From Theionarchaea archaeon (GTDB lineage Archaea > Methanobacteriota_B > Thermococci > Methanofastidiosales > SZ-28-30), in NCBI GenBank assembly GCA_018992565.1, contig JACVGW010000004.1, forward strand, positions 48,241-68,240: DNA of 20,000 bases, written 5' to 3'. The translations under genes were made by a program, and so were the position numbers. Positions 11,784 to 20,000 of this stretch are shown in pieces. Every line of letters starts with the position of its first letter. Position 1 is the stretch's first letter. A model generated the notes under the pieces. That model saw only the letters and a list, made by a program, of their open reading frames with translations, was not told the origin of the DNA and did no database searches.

Positions 11784-11955
11784 TGCCAACGCGCTCTTCA
11801 GACACAGGTGCGTGGATTACTCCCCTGCAAGTATCTCATGAGGTGTGCCTCATGGTGTTGATGAGCCTTCAAGATGAACCCTGCACACCCCACACCCTCT
11901 CCTTCCCCCCTGGACCTACAACCACCTTTTAAAACATGGAGTGAAATACCTGTCC

Positions 11956-14900
11956 ATGGATAGTGACGCTTCCATCATCTCACTGTTTCACCCTGCAGTC
12001 CAGGCATGGATTTCCTCCACCTTTCATTCCCTGACAGAACCCCAGAGGCTGGCCTTCCCCATGGTCAAGGAAGACCAGAACATCCTCTTACTCTCTCCCA
12101 CGGGGAGTGGAAAAACACTGGCTGGATTCCTGGCGTCTATTGACCATCTGGTCTCCCGGGCAGAGCAGAATCAGCTGGATGATATGGTCTATATCATATA
12201 TGTCTCCCCGTTACGGGCTTTATCCAATGATATAAAGAAAAACTTGATGGTTCCTCTGGAAGGTATCAAGAAGGAAGCTCCCTTCGCAGACATCCGGGTA
12301 TTCGTGCGGACAGGGGATACCTCCTCCTACAGAAGATCACGGATGCTCAAGAACCCCCCTCATATTCTCATTACCACTCCTGAAACCCTGCAAATCATTT
12401 TAAATGCTCCCAAGTTCAGGGAAAAACTGACCAAGGTTAAGTACGTTATCATAGACGAAATCCACGACTTATGCAATACCAAGAGGGGAGTGTCCCTCTC
12501 CTTATCACTGGAACGCCTCCAGAATGTGGCTGGGCCCTTTGTGAGGATTGGGCTTTCAGCTACACAGGCCCCGGTGGAGGAAATTGGAAAATTTCTTGTA
12601 GGCACCAACCGCCACTGCCATATCCTCATCGCTGAAAAAGAGAAGAAGTATGACCTTTCCATAGTGAAACCAGCATCACTCTCGTCTCTATCTCTGGAGA
12701 AATCCATAGAAGAAAGCTATGATATCCTCAAGGAACTCATTGAATCGCATAATGTTACCATTGTCTTCACCAATACACGTTCCCGAACAGAAAGAATTGT
12801 CTACCAGTTGAAGAACCGCGAGTTGTACTCTGTGGCAGCTCACCATGGGAGTATGGGCAAGGAAACCCGCCATGAGATTGAACACCTGTTGAAGAAAGGT
12901 TCCATCCAGTCTGTCATCACTTCCACCTCACTGGAATTGGGCATAGATGTGGGGGATGTGGATCTAGTGGTCCAGCTGGGTTCTCCCAAGAACACTGCCA
13001 AGCTCATGCAGCGGGTAGGGAGAGCAGGACATGGGAGAGATGCAGTCTCAAAGGGAGTGCTCATAGCTCAGGACAGGGATGAACTGGTAGAACTGGAGAT
13101 TCTCAAAAGAAAAGCCCTGTCCTACAGGCTGGAACCCGTTGAGATCCCTCACAATTGTCTCGATGTCATGGCCCAGCATCTCATCGGCATGAGCCTGGAA
13201 CAGGTATGGAACGTCAATGAAGCATACAGGATGATCCGGGGTTCATATTGCTTCTGTGATCTGCCCTATGAGGATTTTCTCACTGTCCTGGAGTACCTGG
13301 GAGGATACTACGCAGATTTGGAAGAGAAGCATGTGTACAGGAAATTATGGTTTGATGGAGAGAATTTCGGGAGGATAAAGAGTGCTCTGTACCTTTACTT
13401 CCTGAACTGTGGGACCATACCCTCGCAGGCCACATTTACCGTGGCGCTTGACGGCATCCCTCTGGGCACCCTGTCAGAGTCCTTTGTATCTCATTTAAAA
13501 GCGAAGGATGTTTTTGTCCTTGGAGGACGCTCTCTGGAATTCGTGAGAACTGAAGGAATGTACGTTGTGGTCAAAGATGCCCTGGGTGGGAAACCCACTG
13601 TCCCCTCCTGGAGGGGAGAGGCTCTGTCACGCTCATACGAATTCGGAGTTGACCTTTCAGACTTTAGAAAAGAGGTGGAACTCCACGGAGGAGCTGATCC
13701 TGATATTCAGCAGTACATAGAAGAACAGAAAAAAGCCACCGGAATTGTGCCCACAGCAGACATCCTCTTTGTGGAAAGATACATAGACGGAGACCACACC
13801 TACCACCTGATCTTTCACAGCCCCTTTGGCAGACGAGTTAATGAAGCCCTGGCAAGAGGATATGGACAGAAATTGGCCTGCCCGGACTTCACCGTGACAG
13901 ACAATGGGTTCATGCTCAATTCAGCAAGAGCCCTCAATTTCACCACAGGCATCCTGTCCAGTGAGGAGTTCCTTGAAGTCATACGAGCCTCAGTATGGGG
14001 AACGGAGCTCTTCTGCCAGCGGTTCAGACACTGTGCAGAACGAGGGTTCCTCCTTTTGAAGCGATACAAAGGGAAGTCTGTCACTCCCCGCACCCAGTAC
14101 TTCAGGGCCCGTTCATTGCTCAAAGAGCTGCCTTTTGACTTTCCCCTGGTGAAGGAGACCTTTAACGAAGTACTGTATTCTGCTCTGGATTGTAACCATG
14201 CACTGGAGATTCTCAAGAAAATTGAGAATGAAGACATCAAGGTAGTCATATCCGACTATACTACTATTCCCTCCCCCTTTGCTCTCTCCATTGTCATGGC
14301 AGGAGCCCAGGATGTCATCACCCTGAAAGACCGCAGTGAATTCCTGCAGCATATGCAGAAGGCAGTCACAGAGAGGATTATTGAGAAGACTCCTGCTTTT
14401 TCTCCTGCAGCAGTGGAAGAGTATTTTGCAGGACGCGCAAGAGAACCATATTCCACAGGGGAGTCCTCATCAGATGAAGCGCTGAAAGATGCTGTCCTGA
14501 AGATACTGTTCACAGGGATACGAACTGCAGCCCAGTTGCAGTCCGAGCTGGGCTGTGACTTAAAGAGAACTGAGAGAATTCTTGATACTCTCATCGAAGA
14601 AAATACAGTCTCCTGCGGGTATTTCACCGCTCCTGTCCTGCAGTACATGCTGATTAAGGACAGAAGATACCTTGAATATGGAGAAGGAATAGAAATAACT
14701 ACTGTTAATCAATTTTTGACCCGGAAACACTTCACTTATCCTTCTGTAGAAGCAGTATTCCACGCTTATGGGTACATGAGGTCCCGGAGGGCAATCTATG
14801 ATCGGGTAGGATTCTTTCATGAGCCTCTCATGAGGATCAAGGTCAGGGGGAGGCTGGTATATATTCTCCCAGAATCCAAATCCCTTTTTGTCTCAGCCTA

Positions 14901-16320
14901 CAGACAGGAACTACCTTCGGAAGAAGTCCACATACTGAAGTTCATCCGTGAAAATCCAGGATTGAAGAAAAAAGACATTGTCAAGGTGTGTGGATCGTAT
15001 TTCAATGGGCTAGAGGAAGCTTTATACCTCTACCGCGATGAACACAACAGGTTCTATCCACTGGAGGCAGAAATCACCTCTCCTGAAGAAGCAAGGAGAG
15101 AAATCGTCAGAAAGTATGTGACCTCCTGTGGTCCTGTATCCAAAGAAGAAGTCATGTACCATACAGGAACCTCGAATGGTATTGATCCACTCCTGGAAGA
15201 GTTCAGAAAGGTCACCATCTTCTCCCGCATAGTCCAGGAGATGTACTGTACGGAAGAAGATTTCCAGGCAATGAAAGCGCAGTCTGCTGCAGGAATCAGA
15301 ATCATCGATCATACTGATCCTCTCTATGACAAGATTCGACATGAATGCTGTTCAGTTCTGGGGGAGTCGGTTTCACCCATACTGGCTGATGGGCGCCTGG
15401 CAGGAGGTATTCTCTTCACGGCGGGTGACACCTTCTGTATTGAAGAATTCATCATGCGAGAACCAGTGTCTGCACAGGATTTACTGGAAGAGATTCTCAG
15501 GGTCTACAGGTTTTACAGATGGCAGGGAGCCAGGTCTGTGACAGTAAAGCCAGAGCTCCTGAAAACCGTGATTGAAACCACAGGAGTCTCCGTTGTAGAT
15601 GAAGTCCTGGTGGAAGCTCCACCTCTCACTGTCGAATCACCAGATATCCACAGGTCCCAGCTGAAGCTGCAGTCGCTGCTTGACATGAACCCTGCTGCAA
15701 CGGTATTGCAGCTACCTTTTCTTGACCTCAAATCTGCCCAGAAGAGAACCACAGAAGACATACAGGAACTGCTCCGGACTGGAAAGGCAGTGACTGTCTC
15801 CTACAATGGTAACCAGTACATCTGTCTTCCTGAAGATGTCTCCCTGTATACAAAGCCCGACATACCAGAACTGGTGAACCGAATACTGGATTCTTTTGGA
15901 CTTGTATCTCCCTTCCAAGTGCGAGAGCTCGTAGACGCAGAACTGTACGTCATTGAAGCCATCCTTGAGAAAACAGGGAGAAAGGTGTTCTACCAGAATG
16001 AGGTGTACTACTCTCTTCTCGTTCCCCTTGAAAAAGAATCTCCTGAAGAGGATTCCATACTGTTCCTCCCTGATACAGATCCCTATAGTATCCTCCACCG
16101 CCAGGAATGGCCCTTGAAGGGAACAATTATTCTGGTAAACGGGATTCCTGCAGGGTACTACACCACAGAAGACAGCCAAGCTGATCTCTACCTGTTTAAA
16201 GAATATAAGGACTACTGGGGGACGATCCTGGTAAAACTACCTTCAGAACACATCTCAATCCGCACCATCAATGGGAGACCAAGTAAGGACACACGGTTTG
16301 CTAGAGCGTTCTCCCGATGA
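11956..16320 (+). CDS. lhr: Long Lhr-family SF2 ATP-dependent helicase with about 600-aa C-terminal extension
   Basis: SPTGSGKT, YVSPLRAL, RTGDT, LITTPE, DEIH, IGLSAT, HHGS, TSLELGID, QRVGRAGH, DVMAQHL, GTIP, PSWRGE. ATG 11956 preferred over GTG 11941 because TTTTAAAA (11927-11934) lies 21 nt upstream. Confidence 0.9.
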   Translation: MDSDASIISLFHPAVQAWISSTFHSLTEPQRLAFPMVKEDQNILLLSPTGSGKTLAGFLASIDHLVSRAEQNQLDDMVYIIYVSPLRALSNDIKKNLMVPLEGIKKEAPFADIRVFVRTGDTSSYRRSRMLKNPPHILITTPETLQIILNAPKFREKLTKVKYVIIDEIHDLCNTKRGVSLSLSLERLQNVAGPFVRIGLSATQAPVEEIGKFLVGTNRHCHILIAEKEKKYDLSIVKPASLSSLSLEKSIEESYDILKELIESHNVTIVFTNTRSRTERIVYQLKNRELYSVAAHHGSMGKETRHEIEHLLKKGSIQSVITSTSLELGIDVGDVDLVVQLGSPKNTAKLMQRVGRAGHGRDAVSKGVLIAQDRDELVELEILKRKALSYRLEPVEIPHNCLDVMAQHLIGMSLEQVWNVNEAYRMIRGSYCFCDLPYEDFLTVLEYLGGYYADLEEKHVYRKLWFDGENFGRIKSALYLYFLNCGTIPSQATFTVALDGIPLGTLSESFVSHLKAKDVFVLGGRSLEFVRTEGMYVVVKDALGGKPTVPSWRGEALSRSYEFGVDLSDFRKEVELHGGADPDIQQYIEEQKKATGIVPTADILFVERYIDGDHTYHLIFHSPFGRRVNEALARGYGQKLACPDFTVTDNGFMLNSARALNFTTGILSSEEFLEVIRASVWGTELFCQRFRHCAERGFLLLKRYKGKSVTPRTQYFRARSLLKELPFDFPLVKETFNEVLYSALDCNHALEILKKIENEDIKVVISDYTTIPSPFALSIVMAGAQDVITLKDRSEFLQHMQKAVTERIIEKTPAFSPAAVEEYFAGRAREPYSTGESSSDEALKDAVLKILFTGIRTAAQLQSELGCDLKRTERILDTLIEENTVSCGYFTAPVLQYMLIKDRRYLEYGEGIEITTVNQFLTRKHFTYPSVEAVFHAYGYMRSRRAIYDRVGFFHEPLMRIKVRGRLVYILPESKSLFVSAYRQELPSEEVHILKFIRENPGLKKKDIVKVCGSYFNGLEEALYLYRDEHNRFYPLEAEITSPEEARREIVRKYVTSCGPVSKEEVMYHTGTSNGIDPLLEEFRKVTIFSRIVQEMYCTEEDFQAMKAQSAAGIRIIDHTDPLYDKIRHECCSVLGESVSPILADGRLAGGILFTAGDTFCIEEFIMREPVSAQDLLEEILRVYRFYRWQGARSVTVKPELLKTVIETTGVSVVDEVLVEAPPLTVESPDIHRSQLKLQSLLDMNPAATVLQLPFLDLKSAQKRTTEDIQELLRTGKAVTVSYNGNQYICLPEDVSLYTKPDIPELVNRILDSFGLVSPFQVRELVDAELYVIEAILEKTGRKVFYQNEVYYSLLVPLEKESPEEDSILFLPDTDPYSILHRQEWPLKGTIILVNGIPAGYYTTEDSQADLYLFKEYKDYWGTILVKLPSEHISIRTINGRPSKDTRFARAFSR

Positions 16321-17209
16321 TAAACTGAACCATGACATCCAGCATCTCTCTGTATTTATCCACAGTGAACATACCCAGGAACTGCCGTGCCTTCTCCAGA
16401 TAGTCTTCAGCTGTCTTGGTCGCTTCCTCAACAGCACCACACTCTACAACCTTCCGTGCGGTATCACCTTCATACAGACTGTCTCCCAGAATCTCAAGTG
16501 CCTTCACCACGACAAAATTGGGTCTGCCTTCCAGGAGGTCTGTCCCTACTGGTTTTCCAGACACAGATTCTTTCCCCACAATGTTGAGGATATCATCTTT
16601 TATCTGGAAAGCAAGTCCCAGATTCCTTCCAAATCGCCGGGATTCCTCTAAGATCGCCCCATCGTCAGTGGCAGCAATAGCACCCAGAAATGTGGAAACA
16701 CTGAATTGATAGGAGGTTTTGGCCTCGCAGATACGCATGTATTCGTCTTCTGTCACCTTGGAAAAGTCAATATCCAGCTTCTCACCCAGTGTCGTCATGC
16801 GGGCAGCGTAAGCCAGTTCTTTCAGGGCCGCAGGTTTCACTTTTTCTGAGAAAACCTCCAGAGCCTTCCAGGTAAGGTAATTTGCTGTTAACAGCGCGTC
16901 CTTGTAGCCATACTTAACATGAAGAGACTCCTGTCCTCTCCTCAACACATTCCCATCGATCATGTCGTCGTATATCAATGAGACATTGTGCAGGATTTCC
17001 AGAGCCAGTGCAGAAGGGAGAACATCCTCAATTGTGCCTCCCAGTCCCTGGCAGGTCAGCACAGACAGAATGGGTCTCGCTCTTTTTCCTCCTGCTCTGA
17101 TATGGTACAGTGCAGGATCTCTGATAGCCGGGTCATCATCCTGGAAGACTTCATCTATCTTCCTGTTGATCAGTTCCATGTACTCATGGAAAATTACTGG
17201 AATACTCAT
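16301..17209 (-). CDS. Trans-polyprenyl diphosphate synthase (IdsA/GGPP synthase family)
   Basis: GGKRARP, first Asp-rich motif DDMID followed by LRRG, AKT, second motif FQIKDDIL, GKPVGTDLLEG. Confidence 0.92.
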   Translation of the reverse strand: MSIPVIFHEYMELINRKIDEVFQDDDPAIRDPALYHIRAGGKRARPILSVLTCQGLGGTIEDVLPSALALEILHNVSLIYDDMIDGNVLRRGQESLHVKYGYKDALLTANYLTWKALEVFSEKVKPAALKELAYAARMTTLGEKLDIDFSKVTEDEYMRICEAKTSYQFSVSTFLGAIAATDDGAILEESRRFGRNLGLAFQIKDDILNIVGKESVSGKPVGTDLLEGRPNFVVVKALEILGDSLYEGDTARKVVECGAVEEATKTAEDYLEKARQFLGMFTVDKYREMLDVMVQFIIGRTL

Positions 17210-17243
17210 TCGTACACCTTCTGCCCTCTTTTTTGCATAGATA

Positions 17244-17258
17244 TTATATAGTTTTCGG
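17244..17258 (-). promoter_or_regulatory. BRE/TATA promoter of the polyprenyl synthase gene
   Basis: Minus strand CCGAAAA-CTATATAA about 35 nt upstream of ATG 17209, followed by SD-like AGGTG. Confidence 0.6.
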
Positions 17259-17358
17259 TTCTAAAATTTTTGAATGTTATTCCCTAGAAAGAATTCATAT
17301 GTAGGAAATATACCCTTCTCACCACAAGAAATTGCCATATCATAGAATCTACACACTC

Positions 17359-18402
17359 TCAAAGCCCGTGAAATGGAAATACCAGTCGCTTAACCTCTTT
17401 TACCATGGCTTCAGCATACTCTCTCCCTGTATTTGACGTTGCATAGGTGGATTCAAAAGGGATATCAACAGTGTGACCCACCAGTACTGCCATTGCCATG
17501 GACCAGGCCTTTGGAACCACATTCAAGTCATACCCCCCGCCGCCCAGAACCACTCTTCGGGGATGGAGGTCCTTGATCAGCTCCACCACCTTCAGATAGC
17601 CCCGAATACTCAGCCTGAAGTCAGCCAGGGGATCATCTGTATTGGTATCCACTCCCAGCTGGCACACCAGAACGTCAGGCCGGAAGGCTTCAATCAAGGG
17701 AGGAACAACCTCGAGAAAGCTCTCAATATACACATCAGCTGCTGTATACGGGTAGAAAGGAATATTAACGCTGTAACCCTTTCCTTCCCCCTCCCCGATT
17801 TCCTCAGGGAACCCAGTCCCGGGAAATAGAAACTGGCCAGATTCGTGAAGGGAAATAGTCAGGACTCTGTTTGACCGGTAGAAGATCTCCTGGACTCCAT
17901 CTCCATGGTGGGCATCAATATCAACATACGCTATCTTCTCATTAGATTTCAACAACGTGGCAATGGCCAGCGCAGGATCATTAAAAATGCAGAACCCAGC
18001 TGCCTGAGCAGAGTGGGCATGATGCAGTCCCCCTGAAATGTTGACTGCCATATCTTTTTGTGCAAGATGTTCTGCCGCACAGATGGATGCCCCTGCGTAC
18101 ATGGAAGAACTGTGGTAAATACCGGGAAACAAGGGGTTATCAGAGGTCCCCAGCCCATAGGTAAACTGGGGAATTCCCTTGTCTGCCTGTTTGACTGCAT
18201 TAATATAATCTAACGTGTGAACCTGTGATAATTCTTCATCTGTGGCTGGACGGGGCTCTACAATATCGTAATCATCTACAATCTTTCTCACTTTCATAGT
18301 ATCATAGGTGAGTTTCAATCGTATGGGCTTTAGTGGATGCATTCCGGTAAAATCATAACTGAGAAATTCATCAGTATAAAAAAAAGACGGTTTTCCTGTC
18401 AT
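17359..18402 (-). CDS. acuC: AcuC/histone deacetylase-family Zn-dependent deacetylase
   Basis: HPLKPIR, GGLHHA, GFCIFND, DIDAHHGDG, HESGQFLFPGTG, DDPLA, GGGGY. ATGA overlap with the upstream gene. Confidence 0.9.
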   Translation of the reverse strand: MTGKPSFFYTDEFLSYDFTGMHPLKPIRLKLTYDTMKVRKIVDDYDIVEPRPATDEELSQVHTLDYINAVKQADKGIPQFTYGLGTSDNPLFPGIYHSSSMYAGASICAAEHLAQKDMAVNISGGLHHAHSAQAAGFCIFNDPALAIATLLKSNEKIAYVDIDAHHGDGVQEIFYRSNRVLTISLHESGQFLFPGTGFPEEIGEGEGKGYSVNIPFYPYTAADVYIESFLEVVPPLIEAFRPDVLVCQLGVDTNTDDPLADFRLSIRGYLKVVELIKDLHPRRVVLGGGGYDLNVVPKAWSMAMAVLVGHTVDIPFESTYATSNTGREYAEAMVKEVKRLVFPFHGL

Positions 18403-19389
18403 GCAATCCGTCTCACTGCAAAATTCACAATGTATTTGGCTACAGACTCTGGGAGATAGTACACCAGACTGAGAACCGTATTTCTCTGGTACACAACAAT
18501 GAAATCATCTCTGTACTGCTCAACTGCTGTATGAGCCAGATACTTCTGTTCTTCGGGGGTGTATGCTGAGAAGTCAAACAGGGTCTGGGTTACACTGTTG
18601 ATGATATCTGCTTTTACTTCCCATAAGTAGTCCNNNNNNNNNNNNNNNNNNNNNNNNNNNNNNNNNNNNNNNNNNNNNNNNNNNNNNNNNNNNNNNNNNN
18701 NNNNNNNNNNNNNNNNNNNNNNNNNNNNNNNNNGCCAGATACTTCTGTTCTTCGGGGGTGTATGCTGAGAAGTCAAACAGGGTCTGGGTTACACTGTTGA
18801 TGATATCTGCTTTTACTTCCCATAAGTAGTCCTCAGGCATGGACAGGAGAGTCTCATCCTGAACCCCTGGGTAGTACTGACCCTTGATGCACTGCTCAGC
18901 CTGTATTCCTGTGACATTGGCTACAATGGGGAAACTGAAGGATTTGTCAAGGACAGTGGGAGTGACGTAGATATCCACCGGGATAGGATGAACTGCATCG
19001 ATTATGGATTTCAGAGCGGGAGCATCTATAACAACTATTCTGTCAATGTCTGCATGGGTTTCTGCCTCTGCTATGGCCCATGCATTCTGGATGCCTTCTT
19101 CTAAATCCGGGGATTTTATCAGCGTATCAGATAGGTAAATCCCCTGAGATTTCAAAGTCTCGGTAGACGAGAGTGGGTCAACCTTGATGAGACTTCCCTG
19201 TAGATGGGCATCTTTGAAGAGAGCAACGCTGGCAACTTCTATTGTGCCTGGATCATCCTTCGTTTCGTCCAGGAAGAGGAAAAGGATTGTTTCATTGGAT
19301 AGGTGTGATATTCCTGTTGCAGTAATATAGATGAAAGAAATAATGAAAAGGAGGACAACACCGAGGACAGCATAGAGTTTTCTGTTCAC
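18399..19389 (-). CDS. Membrane-anchored LCP/DUF4012-like extracytoplasmic protein (263 aa after repairing the assembly gap)
   Basis: GTG start at 19389 with SD GGAGG and GTGA overlap with the upstream stop; N-terminal TM helix; ILFLFLDE and IDRIVVID...IIDAVHPIPV resemble the LCP fold. Removing 100 N plus one 99-bp duplicate leaves 792 bp in one frame. Confidence 0.6.
18535..18832. other. Scaffold gap (100 N, 18634-18733) flanked by an exact 99-bp duplication; assembly artefact
   Basis: 18535-18633 is identical to 18734-18832. Confidence 0.92.
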
Positions 19390-19907
19390 GATTCCTCCCC
19401 TCCTGTCCTGGTGATGTTCTGAATCTTTTCTGTCAGAGGCACTTTCTGGAGCCGTGTTCCGCACTCAGGACAGTACTTGGTTTTCATGGGGATCTCCGCT
19501 GAACATTGAGGACAGACATACACTTTCTGGGGTTCTCCTTTTTGCTGAGCAACAACAAGGAGAGTGGGTCGGGTGAGAAATCCTCCTACACACCCTCCAA
19601 TGATGGCAGCCACGAACCCTGCCATGATCTGATAGAGGGAGAATTCGTAGTCAAGAGAAAGGAATTCTCTGGTCACCTGGAAGAGGAATATTGCAAAGAA
19701 TCCTGAAAAAAAGGCTGAGACTCCTCCTTTCCATGGACCTCTCGTTATGAGACCTGCAACACATCCTCCAACAAAAAGGGCCAGCAGGTACGAGTAAGCA
19801 GGAACGAAATCCGCGTATAGCAACAGGAAGAGGAGAATAGATGCTATGAGAAACCCAATAACCAGACCATCCAGAAAGCTTGTTATTTCTTGCCTAATAG
19901 TAGTCAT
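19386..19907 (-). CDS. Gly-rich four-TM membrane protein with C-terminal zinc ribbon
   Basis: About four hydrophobic helices with GG motifs (FVGGCVAG, IIGGCVGG), then CPQC-x10-CPEC. TATA-like TTTTTAAA on the minus strand about 30 nt upstream. Confidence 0.75.
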   Translation of the reverse strand: MTTIRQEITSFLDGLVIGFLIASILLFLLLYADFVPAYSYLLALFVGGCVAGLITRGPWKGGVSAFFSGFFAIFLFQVTREFLSLDYEFSLYQIMAGFVAAIIGGCVGGFLTRPTLLVVAQQKGEPQKVYVCPQCSAEIPMKTKYCPECGTRLQKVPLTEKIQNITRTGGEES

Positions 19908-20000
19908 GGGATCACTCTCTGTCTTTAGAGTGAAAGGTTTAAAAAGATTACTGTGGGGGTTTCACTGGTCCTTAGCTGGAGATGCAGAAGAGACAGAATA

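Noticed and set aside
11956..16320. Intein as the explanation for Lhr length
   Set aside because: Helicase motifs are normally spaced and no intein splice-junction or LAGLIDADG motifs are seen; the extra length is C-terminal.
18535..18832. Apparent 99-bp direct repeat, split gene or insertion site in the LCP-like gene
   Set aside because: The identical copies flank exactly 100 Ns, and collapsing them restores a single 792-bp frame. This is an unmerged contig overlap, not biology.

Overview
Chromosomal window from an archaeon. The rRNA signatures and gene content look euryarchaeal; an uncultured Thermococci/Theionarchaea-like lineage is my guess, not established. A 100-N scaffold gap suggests a draft or metagenome assembly. 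Left to right: the 3' part of a ThiR-like HTH-ThiN regulator (+); a poly-gamma-glutamate hydrolase-family gene (-); a minus-strand operon of nadA, SufS-type cysteine desulfurase and an uncharacterised Fe-S protein; a divergent Cys-rich HTH regulator, separated from nadA by a 47-bp spacer that holds a perfect palindromic operator and a bidirectional TATA box; a short XPF/ERCC4 nuclease and a class I/II aminotransferase (-); a complete 16S-tRNA-Ala-23S operon (-) with tandem promoters, two bulge-helix-bulge processing stems and no linked 5S; a long Lhr helicase (+); a polyprenyl synthase (-); and a minus-strand operon of a zinc-ribbon membrane protein, an LCP/DUF4012-like protein and an AcuC/HDAC. 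Most notable: (i) the rRNA has substitutions at near-universal functional positions (23S A2503C in the peptidyl-transferase centre, a GAAA sarcin-ricin tetraloop, 16S U14C and G1529A) plus an enlarged 48-nt helix 98 (ES39 site); (ii) a candidate Fe-S/NAD regulon bracketed by two related Cys-rich HTH regulators. E. coli-equivalent numbering comes from manual alignment to remembered consensus sequences and should be verified.
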